Positions 1 to 10,824 of a stretch of 64,000 nucleotides of DNA are shown here, one piece after another. A program made the translations under genes and the position numbers. How positions within the stretch are numbered: the first letter of the stretch is position 1; each line of letters begins with the position of its first letter. The stretch lies in assembly GCA_023334545.1 (NCBI GenBank), contig JAADVB010000008.1, forward strand, positions 96,019-160,018. The letters run 5' to 3'. The notes beneath the pieces were generated by a model. That model saw nothing but the letters and a program-made list of their open reading frames with translations, was not told where the DNA came from and did no database searches. The stretch comes from Salisapilia sapeloensis CBS 127946 (Eukaryota; Protista; Oomycota).

Positions 1-619
1 AGGAAAGATGAAGAAAATATTTATAACTACCATTTGATTGATAAGATTTGGTGGCACCAATGTGCAGGCTAATGGATACACGCATCCTTTAAGTAGCAAA
101 TGTGGATCGTTACATGGGATGAAACTGATTGAATCGTTGCACCGCCGGTCCGACCGGTAGGAGCGTGACGTTTTGTTGAAGTGACAATCGAAAGAAGAGT
201 GCACTAAGTCGCTTTGCGCAAAGTCAGACGGTGTGAAACGAGGTCTTACAACGCCAAGGAGGGAGCGGTCGATTGAGAGACATTTTGTTGGTCGAATATA
301 GCGTGCACCTGACATCGAGGTAGTTCAGTCTTCCTGCAAGATAAGAAACGACGTTACGATAGATCATTGCCCAAGTCTTCCCGCCATTTATAGAAACATG
401 AAATAAATCAAGTAGGCATGCATCAAACGAGACAGCGCTAATCTTGATAGTGCCAATCGACAAGGGAAAATGAAGAGCTTCGGATGAATGGAAACTTGAA
501 CCAACTGGAGATGATGCATGTAGCCACTCGGCGAGTGTACTATCCGTCTCTAATCGCGAATAAAAAGCGCAACGGTGTACTCGTGTCAACTCTACTGGAG
601 GCTGCTGTGTCGATTCCAT
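1..619 (-). CDS. Possible 5' part of a spliced gene running off the left edge; product unknown
   Basis: 131-aa ORF at 224-619, plus a second stop-free frame from ~324 to the window edge (…RPRFTPSDFAQSDLVHSSF…IPCNDPHLLLKGCVYPLACTLVPPNLINQM). No family motif recognised. Confidence 0.25.
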
Positions 620-863
620 TCCATTCGATCCAGTTCGTATAGGCGACGGTCATAACCTAGCGCTACAACGTCGCAAGGCAGTCCAGAATGCATGCCAACG
701 ACTTTCGTTAAAGACCTTCGACGTATCGTCAGATCCATTACGATACTTGGCGCTAATGAAAAGCTCTATGCTACTATAAAAATTTCTTGTCAAGTGACGC
801 TTTTGTTTTATTTTCTCATTCGTGATGCGCTCTACCTTCTAGCAAAGTTATATCGCACAACAT

Positions 864-2438
864 CTACCATCCAGCGCCGTCAATTTGCTTCAAAAGACTC
901 TGCATAAACGCCACACCAAATCCAGTCGAACGCTCATCGTCGCTCGTGAACGACGGGAAGGCCATGTCAACGTGGATCCACTTGCCGTTCTGCTCGAACT
1001 CGTCACCCAAGTGGTTCGCAATGAACTGTCCAGCGCACGAGACTTGGCCGTTCAGACGGTCCTTGACCGAGTTCTTCATGTCAGCCACCGTGCTCTTGAA
1101 CTCCTTGCGGAAGAACTCGGGTACGTACGGCATCGGGTGCACCAAGTCACCGCTGTCCTTGCCAGCCTTGACGGCAAAGCCTTCCAACTCCTCGTTGTTC
1201 GTGTACACGGCGCCAATCTCCTTACCCGTGGCAATACCCTGCGCACCCGTAAGCGTCGCCATGTCGACGATGACCTCAGGGCTCAAGTGCTTCACGGCAT
1301 AAGCGACACCGTCTGCGAGCACAAGTCTGCCTTCCGCATCCGTGTTGTTGATTTCAACCGTCTTGCCAGAGTACATGACGTGGATGTCGTCCGGACGAGT
1401 CGAGAGGGCATCAACCGAGTTCTCCGCCATACAGAGCACAGCGTGCAACGGACGCTTGTCCGTCGAATTCTTCGACTGGACAGCAGCTTCGAAGGCGCCG
1501 AGGAGACCGGCAGCGCCACCCATGTCGCGCTTCATGCCGACCATGAAGCCTCCAGTCTTGATGCTGAGTCCTCCCGTGTCGTAGATGATGCCCTTGCCGA
1601 CCATGGCAACACCGCCGTTGGAAGCATTCTGAGGAACGTGGCTGAGGACGATGAGTGCCGGAGGGTGGACTGCAGCCTTGCCGACACCGTAGATGCCACC
1701 AAAGCCTTGCTCACGCAGCTCCTCGCCACGGATAACCGTGATCTTGGCACCAGTACGTTTGGCAACACGTTGGGCTTCCGCGACAAATGCGTCCGAGTGC
1801 ATTTCGTTCGGAGGCGCATCAACTAGTCGAGCAGCGAGTTGGATGCCACGCGCCGTGTGGTGAAGCAAGTTCTTCTCAGCCTCCTGGAGCTGCTCCTCGT
1901 ACACGACGTCTAGCTTATCGTCCTTTTCTTCCACCTCTTGCTCACTCGACTCCGTCGGTAGGCCACTGGACAACTTCTGCTTGTGGTCGTAGAGGAAAGA
2001 GGCCTTGGCGACGGCGCATCCGGCCGCAAACCAAGTGGTCGTGTGCTGCGGCAACGAGAGCACGACGAGCACCTTTTCATCGTCCGAAGCATCACCGGCA
2101 GCGTTCTTGGCCAATGCCTTGTTGTTCTTGACAAAGCTCGCGATGGCGTGCGGACGCGCAGAAGAGTTGCCACGCGACACTTGCGTCGGGAGAGCATGCA
2201 AGCTCACGTGGAGAGGCGTTTCCTGGTCGCGAGGAAGGAGCAGACTGGCCGAAGCACCGCTGTCCGTGCCCGGCGTGAGCGATCCAACGGCGTGTTGCAG
2301 CAAAGATTGCGCGACGTCCGAGGCCTTGAGCGTTTCAAAGAGGAACTTGGACGTAGACGTCTGTTCCTGGAGCTTTTCCAAGGTACCGACGACTAGCACC
2401 TTGTTGATCTTGGAAGTAGCGCTGGCGTAGTTGACCAT
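864..2438 (-). CDS. M17 leucyl aminopeptidase (NPEPL1-like), 524 aa
   Basis: Intact M17 metal-binding and catalytic motifs GKGIIYDTGG, MKRDMGGAA, NTDAEGRL, DMATLTGA. Confidence 0.95.
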   Translation of the reverse strand: MVNYASATSKINKVLVVGTLEKLQEQTSTSKFLFETLKASDVAQSLLQHAVGSLTPGTDSGASASLLLPRDQETPLHVSLHALPTQVSRGNSSARPHAIASFVKNNKALAKNAAGDASDDEKVLVVLSLPQHTTTWFAAGCAVAKASFLYDHKQKLSSGLPTESSEQEVEEKDDKLDVVYEEQLQEAEKNLLHHTARGIQLAARLVDAPPNEMHSDAFVAEAQRVAKRTGAKITVIRGEELREQGFGGIYGVGKAAVHPPALIVLSHVPQNASNGGVAMVGKGIIYDTGGLSIKTGGFMVGMKRDMGGAAGLLGAFEAAVQSKNSTDKRPLHAVLCMAENSVDALSTRPDDIHVMYSGKTVEINNTDAEGRLVLADGVAYAVKHLSPEVIVDMATLTGAQGIATGKEIGAVYTNNEELEGFAVKAGKDSGDLVHPMPYVPEFFRKEFKSTVADMKNSVKDRLNGQVSCAGQFIANHLGDEFEQNGKWIHVDMAFPSFTSDDERSTGFGVAFMQSLLKQIDGAGW

Positions 2439-2696
2439 GATGTTGACACTTGGCAGAAGATCTGTAAATGAGGTTCAAGAATACTTGTCAGACGTGTACC
2501 TCGATACTTGTATAATTGTTCTCATAGTGAAATCTAGATGAATGGAATGTTGTTGATATCATATATACAAGTTGAAGAGATTGTCTTCTAATCAAGGGAT
2601 CTGTAAAGCCACTATTTTGTCCTATATTATAGGTGGATTATACTGTTTTTAGAGAGACGAGCGAGTAAATCGGAATTACGGGTGAGAAGCGTTGGC

Positions 2697-3437
2697 ATGA
2701 GCTCGTCTTCGGCTATCTCGAAGCTGTATCCGTCTGCGACGGAGCCTCAGTCATTGCTACAGAATGCAGCTTCGACACCGAAGAATAAGGTTGGACGGAA
2801 GAATGGGAAGAAGAAAGTGAAGAAGAGTAGTAAGAAAGCTACGACCAAGTCGAATGCTAAGCAAAAGAAGAATGGCATGCCATCCAAAGATACGATGCCA
2901 AAGGTCATTGCGAATCTGCTGGATGAACCCAAGGTAGGATTGATGAAGCGTGTGGTGCAGCAGATTGGCCAGAACGTTGCGTGGGATCTTCTCAAGCGTA
3001 CGCTTCAGATCGAACGGGAAGGTGGGATGTCGAAAACCGACGCTGTGACGGATGGAGAGATTCCGATGGAGGATCGAAGGTCTCCTGGTGGTGTCTATCT
3101 CTATCTACTCAAGCAAGACGTCTCTCCTCTCGTCTATAAAGAGATTTATCGTATTGAAGCAGAGAAGAAGAAGCATGCCAAAGTCCGATCGAGACGTCGG
3201 CGGCGGCAGAAAGAGGACAATGAGATCGTGGATGCAATCGGATTGAATAAGCTGGATATTAGTCAGGAAGAAAAGGACAGACAGCAGAAGACGGAAGAGG
3301 ATTGGAGTGCTCTCTCGCAATTGTATTTAAGTAGGACGTCCGAGAATCGAGATGAGGCCCAAGTGCAGGCTGGCGTTGGGCTACTTGCTTTGCATGGAGA
3401 AGTCGGAGAAGTCGACGAGGAAATGGCAGAATTGTAG
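2697..3437 (+). CDS. PHAX: PHAX RNA-binding-domain protein (snRNA export adaptor-like)
   Basis: ATG at 2697. Segment IANLLDEPKVGLMKRVVQQIG…LQIEREGGM…RRSPGGVYLYLLKQ matches the PHAX RNA-binding domain; Lys-rich N-terminus. Confidence 0.75.
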   Translation: MSSSSAISKLYPSATEPQSLLQNAASTPKNKVGRKNGKKKVKKSSKKATTKSNAKQKKNGMPSKDTMPKVIANLLDEPKVGLMKRVVQQIGQNVAWDLLKRTLQIEREGGMSKTDAVTDGEIPMEDRRSPGGVYLYLLKQDVSPLVYKEIYRIEAEKKKHAKVRSRRRRRQKEDNEIVDAIGLNKLDISQEEKDRQQKTEEDWSALSQLYLSRTSENRDEAQVQAGVGLLALHGEVGEVDEEMAEL

Positions 3438-3731
3438 TGAGTAGAATCAAGCAGCAAATGGATCTTGATCTTTGTTATGAATGGAATACTTAATCATCTT
3501 GCTCGAGTAACGTGAATATAAGTTTCCTAGCGACGCGCTTATCTACCAATGCCGACTCACTTTGTAGGAGTGCTAGTCGAATCTAAGCAGCATAGATGAA
3601 CACTTACAGCACGATACTAATTAAGTAAGGTCGTACCAAGACTGGCAGAAGGATTGACAGTGCATAAGTGTGTAAGAGTCGAAAGAGAAATGCTTTGGAG
3701 CTATAGAAGGGATCAATAGATACGTTAGCAC

Positions 3732-4843
3732 TTAAACTGGATCATGGGAAGCTAGTGATCTACCAATTGCTAGCCAAGTGTCCGCATGATTCACTGCTTG
3801 GAGCGAAGTTGACGGTTTCTGGCGCAAGACTATCGCATAAAAACTATAATGACATTCTAAAGCTAGTGAAAATAGAAGTCGAGTACCACACGGTAGGAGC
3901 ACAGCAGCAGAGACTGGTGCCGCATTGCAATAGCGCAATAAGGAAGCTGTAGAGGATGCCAGTGATTGTAATGACAAGTACAACAAACTTGAGTAAAACC
4001 AGTTTGTGCCCTGATAAAGGAATTGCTGGGCCTCTTTTACGCAGCAAGAGGTACTTCTGCAGTGATGATATGTATATCAACATCGTTATAAGTGCAGGGA
4101 AGACAGCGATTGCTTCATTGAAGAATTTGTCTCCAGCTGAGCCATAATAAGTTGCCACTGGGATCACGCCACATACAACCTAACTGAAAGCGTTAGTGGA
4201 TATATTTGCAGTCCTGAAACTATCGATTGTACCAGGATTGGCTGCCAAAGTGGAAGTAACAGCTCCTGTGCGATAATAGAGCGCGAGTCAATGGCGGGTT
4301 TCTTGTTCGACTCCTTGATAGCACTGAGCAACGAAAACATGATCGCCTTGTCTGAAGAAGTAGATGCTTTGTGGAACTTGGATGACTTGGAAAGGGCTGA
4401 ATACAACAAGTACGACTCGCCTTTCTCATGCGTTAAAGCACTAGCTCTTGAATTTTCCTTGTTTCTGAAGTATTTCCTCTTATGTTCGAAGTTACCATTA
4501 TGGATTCTTCTCATAACTTCATGACGCATACAATATATTACTGACAATGCTTCAGCTGTGGTTGGAGCCTAAGTCGTGCTAGCTACTTCTTTGTTAGCTT
4601 TCATTCTATCAATTACAATCGTAGATATATATGCATTGGTACTATGTTCCATCTTTCCACCGTACACGAAGATGGGAATAGAAAGTTAGGTAGAAGCGGT
4701 CTTCCACGAGGGTAATGACTTGAGTACTGGGCAAACATTGATAATGAGTTATAACGCTTGTAGCGCACACTAAGATCAAATTTCGCGGGAAGCACTTCAA
4801 TTTCAACATGAAAAACAATCGAAATGTTAGCAAAGCTTATCAA
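3732..4843 (-). CDS. Putative multi-exon membrane protein, possibly OSTalpha/TMEM184-like (gene or decayed gene)
   Basis: Overlapping hydrophobic minus-strand ORFs. A phase-0 53-nt intron 4232-4180 (GTACAA…CTAAC…TTAG) joins LLPLWQPIL to VVCGVIPVATYYG. Segments EALSVIYCM and HKLVLLKFVVLVITITGILYSFL weakly resemble the OSTalpha family. The full model is unresolved. Confidence 0.3.
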
Positions 4844-4935
4844 AGCAGATAGAAGATAAATAATTCATGTCTTCGCAAGTAAAAGTAACTCCAACCCACG
4901 CTTGAAACAAAAATAAAAGTGCGCTGTGACCTTTA

Positions 4936-6954
4936 TTAGTCGATACTTTCCAAATCTTCTCCACTGCTACTCCCACTAATATCCTCCGCATGATAGCTAT
5001 CTCCAGTCATCTGCAGCTCTTCCATCAAATCTTCTTCATTTCTGTCCGTACGTTCCTGATCATCTGCTCCAAAACCTAGGGACCGCATACTTCCACTCAA
5101 CGTCCGTCGCATGACTTCCAAAAACGTTGGATTTCGACGTTCTTCACTCGGAGCTCGCGTTCGCATGGTGTCCAGCTCTGGAAATGTACTAAACGACTGG
5201 TCCGACACGACCGTCGTCTCCTGCTCTGCCGGCCTGTCACTCTCATTCGACTGGTCCAACGCACCAAGCACCGAACGCATAAACCTCGACCTGTCCGACG
5301 CTTCCGATTCCGAGTCCGATCTCTCCCGTGGTGTCCGTGGCGAGTCCAAAGGCGCACTTGCCTCATTCTGGAACGTAAACGGCTCATACCTGCCATTAGG
5401 GTGTGGAGAAGCTGGTCGGGGTCGAAGCAACGGTGTTCGGCTCGTCGCTTCCTCTCGTCCAGCTCTCAGAGAAGAATCACGCAGACCGGTCCGAGAATAA
5501 CGATCTTCCCGACTGCGAGCAGCTACGCTCGTGCCTTCGTCACTTGTACTGGATCGTCCGTCTCGGAAGCGAGAAGCAAAATTGGACAAGGAGCTGGGTG
5601 CGACGATGGCATGGATATGTACGTCGATACTCCGATGGTTCCCATTATCATTGTTGTTGCGAGAGAAACTGGACATGTCTAATAGAGATCGGAATCCAGC
5701 CGACCTGTCACTCGTATCCTCTTCGTCGTGGTCGTATACAGTACTGGAGGACGACCGACGTGGACGCACGCCATTCGTTTCACGATCGAGGCCGTGAGCA
5801 CTGTCAATCAACGCTCTACCTAATCGATCTAGTAAAGGAGCAAGGAGAGATGTATCAGTCGTGTTGGACTGCGTGATACTGGTGGTTGACATGGTTAGAT
5901 CTTCGTCCTCGACTTCGGGAGTGTCGACGGAAGAGTCTCGATCCACCACTTCATTCAGACGTGGGAGAATTTCCTGAATAGCGTCTCGAACATCCCTTAA
6001 TGTGTTTTGGAAGGAAGGAGTTGTACCGTCCGTAGCGTTTCGAACGGTATTATCGATGGAAGCATATGGACTGGACGCTTGGATCGCTGCAGGATGGTGG
6101 ACCGTCGTCGCGACGCGTGGATTGTGGCTACGAGTGTGCGTCCGGAAGGCAGCAATACGATCCGAGTTACGATGAATCCATTCATCCCATCTCGTGGGCC
6201 AGTGGTGGTAATGGATGAAGATTTGCGTGCGAGATACTTGCATAACCGTTGCTTCTAGCCACTGATCGACTGTGTCGAGAGCATCTACCCATTGACCGAC
6301 GTGAAAATCACGATACGAGGCATTGTCTTCCGATGAAGTCGACGTGGATAGCATAGTCTGTAGCGTCAGTAGACCTTGTTGGATCGCTTCTAACTGCTGT
6401 GCACTTTGATCTGTCGATTCTTCCGTCTCTGTTGCCTGTGCAGGTTCTTGCAAGGACGAAAAGTTGAAAGGAGAATCATCGGATTCGGCACTTGGATTCG
6501 CTGTGCCTGGGATATGCGTGAACATGGGCCGATCGCTAGTCGAGTCATTCGATTGAGTTGGCGTAGATGAGCCTGGAGGTGGGGGAGGTCGAGACACGAG
6601 GTGGATGGTATGCTCATTCTGGACAGAGTACGAAGAAAGAAGCGTTCCATCTTTCATCAATTTTCCTATAACACGTACAAGTATGAACAAAGGAACGATG
6701 AGATTGGAAAGAGGGGAGGATGTACCTCGGTAGATGAGTCGCTGGCTTTCGGTCGGAATACGAGTAAGCTCTGCCACGCGCTCGCGAAAGTCGGTGACGG
6801 GCATCGATGTCGTGGCATCTACATGGAAGACGCGTTCATCCAAAAGCTTGACTTTTAGCATAATCGGTTCATCATCGGCAATCGAGATGTCCGAAGCATC
6901 GTCACTCTCCACAACATTTGCTGTCGCCATGGTAGTCCGGTTCTTCCAGTACAA
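4936..6954 (-). CDS. Ubiquitin-like domain + chromo-barrel/Tudor-like domain protein, BAG6-like
   Basis: N-terminal Ubl (IMLKVKLLDERVF…QRLIYRGKLMKDG…IHLVSR) after removing an in-frame 60-nt intron 6725-6666 (GTACA…TATAG). Central VGQWVDALD…FIHYHHWPTRWDEWI. BAG6-like LAPLLDRLGRAL and SIDVHIHA segments; Ser/Arg-rich tail. Confidence 0.7.
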   Translation of the reverse strand: MYWKNRTTMATANVVESDDASDISIADDEPIMLKVKLLDERVFHVDATTSMPVTDFRERVAELTRIPTESQRLIYRGTSSPLSNLIVPLFILVRVIGKLMKDGTLLSSYSVQNEHTIHLVSRPPPPPGSSTPTQSNDSTSDRPMFTHIPGTANPSAESDDSPFNFSSLQEPAQATETEESTDQSAQQLEAIQQGLLTLQTMLSTSTSSEDNASYRDFHVGQWVDALDTVDQWLEATVMQVSRTQIFIHYHHWPTRWDEWIHRNSDRIAAFRTHTRSHNPRVATTVHHPAAIQASSPYASIDNTVRNATDGTTPSFQNTLRDVRDAIQEILPRLNEVVDRDSSVDTPEVEDEDLTMSTTSITQSNTTDTSLLAPLLDRLGRALIDSAHGLDRETNGVRPRRSSSSTVYDHDEEDTSDRSAGFRSLLDMSSFSRNNNDNGNHRSIDVHIHAIVAPSSLSNFASRFRDGRSSTSDEGTSVAARSREDRYSRTGLRDSSLRAGREEATSRTPLLRPRPASPHPNGRYEPFTFQNEASAPLDSPRTPRERSDSESEASDRSRFMRSVLGALDQSNESDRPAEQETTVVSDQSFSTFPELDTMRTRAPSEERRNPTFLEVMRRTLSGSMRSLGFGADDQERTDRNEEDLMEELQMTGDSYHAEDISGSSSGEDLESID

Positions 6955-7105
6955 AGGCCAAAATGGGAAGTTTTCGACTTCTTTCGAGTATATTTCGCGA
7001 TTACGGAATCACCTAGTGCTCCCATCTGGGTAGAATTATCCGGGCGTTTTCTCTTGGTGACAGACAGGATGGAACATCTGCAATCGGTGGCGTTATTTTT
7101 TACAA

Positions 7106-7111
7106 CCAATC
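7106..7111 (+). promoter_or_regulatory. CCAAT box in the divergent promoter between the Ubl gene and ProRS
   Basis: ACAACCAATCACG lies in the ~240-nt gap between divergent start codons (6954 on -, 7196 on +). Confidence 0.4.
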
Positions 7112-7195
7112 ACGAAGGATCATTTCCCACCACATACGCACCAAATCGTGACAACATCACATCCGAGTAGCTTGGACGATCGCGTCTGCACTACC

Positions 7196-8992
7196 ATGCA
7201 TCGCTGGCATCATATCCAGCAGCGTGCATTGCCAAGCATCCGCACGAGACATGCTTCTATGCAATCTAGTTCAAAAAAGCGTGTCACGTTGCGATCCAAG
7301 CTATGGATGCCTACTTTAAAGAAAGCTCCGAATGCAGAGGCATCGATTGCAAGCCATCAATTGCTACTTCGAGGAGGTTTTATTCGAAAAAATAACTCTC
7401 CTGGGCTCTTTTCTTTCCTGCCCATGGGTACAAGAGTGCTGAATAAGTTACAAGCCATCATTGAAGACGAAATGGATGCTGTTGATGGGCAAAAGCTCGA
7501 CTTGCCACTCTTAATACCGAAAGAGTTATGGGAAGTCAGTGGTCGATGGGATTCCAAGACAAGTGAACTTATGCGAATGAAAGACCGCCATGAGAGTGAA
7601 TTTACACTAGCTCCGACGCATGAGGAGAGCATTACAGACCTCGTGGCGAATAACTACACGCTCTCCACTTCATCCATAGACCGTGCCAATCCACCATCTC
7701 TTCGTCTTTATCAGATCGGTCGCAAGTTTCGAGACGAAATTCGTCCAAGATTTGGTCTCTTACGAGCGAGAGAATTTATTATGAAAGACATGTACGCATT
7801 CGACGTGTCCTCTGAAGCAGCCTTGACTACGTACCATGATGTAGCAGCAGCCTATCACCGTATTCTGGAAGACAGGCTACAACTAGATGGACATATCGCC
7901 AAGGTAGATGCTGATTCGGGAGAAATTGGTGGCAACTTGTCACAGGAATTCCACGTACTGAGCGACGTTGGGGAGGACGCTTTGTTGCTTTGTGATAACA
8001 ACGACTGCAAGTATGCTGCGAATGTGGAGAAAGCTATCAGCTGTTCTGACACCTCTTTCGTATCGAAAGACGAGGCATCTTTGCTTGCTGACCTGATGGA
8101 AGGTAGATCTACTGCCGATACCATCGTATCGGAGATCATTCGCAACCATCACAAGGTCAAAGCACATGTTGTGCACGTTTCGGATTCAAAGAGCGATAGC
8201 GCGTACTCTATCATCGTCTTGACGGCTCCAGATATGGATCTGAATCCGATTTTCATGACATCCTTTTGCTCGGACGAGCTCCAACTAGCTGATGCTTCCA
8301 TTCGATCTATCAAGTCTCTGTCCCCAGACAATTCTGCTCCATCGGGCTGGAAAGCTGTATGCATCGACACGTCCCTCATCAGCCCAGACACGGACAGTAG
8401 CAGAGCCAAGGACAATCATGTCCATATCGGAACGTTCCGTAGCGCGCAGGAAGGCGATACATGTGCACATTGTAACGAAGGTAAACTGCATGCCAAGCGA
8501 GGTATTGAAGTCGGTCATGTCTTTTACCTTGGGACCAAGTACTCGACCCCATTCCAAGCATCCTTTGATGAGAACATTCCTTTCGAAATGGGATGCTATG
8601 GCATGGGTTTGACCCGCCTCTTGGCTGGTATCGTGGAGGCGAGTCATGACAAGTTTGGCGTCGTTTGGCCCATGGCCATTGCTCCTTTCCATGTCTGTGT
8701 CTTGTCTACGAACGCCGCCTTCGCAGATGACACGATGCAGTTGAGTGAAGAGCTGCGATCGCAGTTAAACGCTGATGTTCTGCTGGATGACCGGTGGCAG
8801 GAGAGAGCAGGTGTGAAGCTTGCTGATAGTGAGCTTAGTGGTGTTCCTTTCCGTGTGGTGGTGGGGAAAAAGTTTGGAGAAGATAGACAGGTGGAAGTGT
8901 TGCGTCGAAGGGATATGACGAAATCGTTTGTCAAAGTGGAAGAAGTGTGCGACCACCTTGCGATGTGGATCAAAGAAGAGAGCAATAGATAG
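7196..8992 (+). CDS. PARS2: Prolyl-tRNA synthetase, bacterial/mitochondrial type
   Basis: LLLRGGFIR, TLAPTHEE, YQIGRKFRDEIRPRFGLLRAREFIMKDMYAF, RGIEVGHVFYLGTKYS, MGCYGMGLTRL and a C-terminal anticodon-binding domain. Basic/Ser N-terminus consistent with a targeting peptide. First ATG at 7196. Confidence 0.93.
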   Translation: MHRWHHIQQRALPSIRTRHASMQSSSKKRVTLRSKLWMPTLKKAPNAEASIASHQLLLRGGFIRKNNSPGLFSFLPMGTRVLNKLQAIIEDEMDAVDGQKLDLPLLIPKELWEVSGRWDSKTSELMRMKDRHESEFTLAPTHEESITDLVANNYTLSTSSIDRANPPSLRLYQIGRKFRDEIRPRFGLLRAREFIMKDMYAFDVSSEAALTTYHDVAAAYHRILEDRLQLDGHIAKVDADSGEIGGNLSQEFHVLSDVGEDALLLCDNNDCKYAANVEKAISCSDTSFVSKDEASLLADLMEGRSTADTIVSEIIRNHHKVKAHVVHVSDSKSDSAYSIIVLTAPDMDLNPIFMTSFCSDELQLADASIRSIKSLSPDNSAPSGWKAVCIDTSLISPDTDSSRAKDNHVHIGTFRSAQEGDTCAHCNEGKLHAKRGIEVGHVFYLGTKYSTPFQASFDENIPFEMGCYGMGLTRLLAGIVEASHDKFGVVWPMAIAPFHVCVLSTNAAFADDTMQLSEELRSQLNADVLLDDRWQERAGVKLADSELSGVPFRVVVGKKFGEDRQVEVLRRRDMTKSFVKVEEVCDHLAMWIKEESNR

Positions 8993-10824
8993 AGCGTTTT
9001 GAATGCACATGAAATGCGTTTATGTTGTTTCATTGATGATCGTGATGGGTAAAGAAGAGAGAGTCGATTGCTGGAAACAGGATGAAATTTAAAGCTTTAC
9101 TATTCGCATGCAATTATTAGGCACATCTTGTCGCTGTAGATGAATTTATGACCATGCAATATGTTGTAAGCACATTTGTGGTGAAATGCGCGATGATATG
9201 ATCGGCTCTTGAATAGTTGTTGCTGAAGGAAATGCCCCTAGCATCCATTCTTCAATGGAACGACACATCTTTAGCATTGGTTCATTGGTTTCTACTCAAG
9301 CGAGTAGAACATTCATTAACGATCTTGCAAAGTAAACCGTTCATTCTGTCGATGGGAGAAATAATAGCCTTTAAGTTGTGATGTGTTTGACCTCATCGTT
9401 AAGTATTTTTTTAAACCTCGGTCTATTATATTACATCACCGTAAAATACTTCTCTTCTTTCTCGTGTGTCTGCAAATCTGCCGCTGCTGGTCAAGACGCG
9501 CACCCGAAAAGTTCACCATAGTCTAACAGTTTTAACAGGCAAACTACTTGACTGCGTTTAGAAGCTATTCACGCTACTATGTGAGAGAGGAACCGAGGCA
9601 ACGGCTAAATTACCATATACATGAGATATCAGCGTTTCTTTGCAGCTTTTAATGCAAATTGCTAGCATACTTTTAGACAAGGCTTGCACGATGAATTTGC
9701 ATCACTTCGATAAGGATGAGCAAGAATACTCACGAGAACTTGTAGCGAATACTGCCTTATCAATTTCACCTCCAATCGACTTCATTCGCATCGTTCTGCA
9801 TTTAAGTCATGCATAACTTCATAAGCAGCGTCCTGCAGCTACTTTAAATATGTGTCATTTACAACTTTGATGTCATTGCATCATGCAAGAATGCTTCCCA
9901 CAAATATAAGTGTTGCCGCCAATACATGAGTAGCTAGAGAAACTTTGTCAGCGAGCGGAAATGTCACTTTGATGGGACGACACGCCTAATATCAATAATT
10001 CTGAGCTCATCAAGTAAGCCAATGGATCGTGCATGTAGTAAGTTTATGGCAAAGCAAGACCCAAGACCAAACTGTCATACAATTGCGATGTCGGGCGTAT
10101 CAATATGTATCCATGCCAGGTTACCGGTAATGCAACCCTTTCGCATACACCGCAAAACAGCTCCAACCTTAGTATTTGGTCGAACGACTACATAGTGCCC
10201 TTTATCGCAAGATAGTTCATTGTCATATGACCGCTTAAACGAGAATTTATTCTCTCCGGCCAGCGCACATAACCTTTCAAGGATACTACTACGTAGCCCA
10301 ACTTTACAATTTCCCAGTGTGACTGATGATCGGGTTGTACTAAAGACAGGAAACTGAGATGGAGAAGAGACCTGAAGCAGTCTGTAAGCATTGCAAGTTA
10401 CGTTATCAGGAATTCGACGAGAGTGGAACTTGATCTTATTCCCTCGGAAGTTTCAAAGACGCTGACAATTGAAGTACTGGAGGACATGAAGTGGACAGAT
10501 GAGACTACTTCGTTTGCTTATCATCCGAGCTCCAAATCTTCAGCAATTTGTACTTCGATCTCTTTGTATTTAAACGACGTCTTGTGCTCAGCTCTTGCCA
10601 GAGCATATATGAACGGAGGATGTGATAGAGCCGTCAAAGTCTTTCGAGTGTTCAACGGCATCGCTCATTTTTCTGATTGAGATATGTTACCGTACCAAGC
10701 ACAAGACATTGCAAATCCACTATTGGATGATGTATTAAGCACGTGAGCAATTCCCGCCGTATCGTCTGCATCTAAAGGATTGGCATTGCGACTTTATATC
10801 ATTTGTAGATTAGCACACTGACAC

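Noticed and set aside
885-1826. Long antisense ORFs (885-1826, 12850-13470, 28288-28896, 53700-54326, 55501-56139 and others)
   Set aside because: They are shadows of well-supported genes on the opposite strand, explained by codon bias, with no motifs of their own.
10423-10680. ORF with VLEDMKWTDE, reminiscent of the first Asp motif of Tc1/mariner transposases
   Set aside because: No second or third catalytic motif, HTH or terminal inverted repeats were found.
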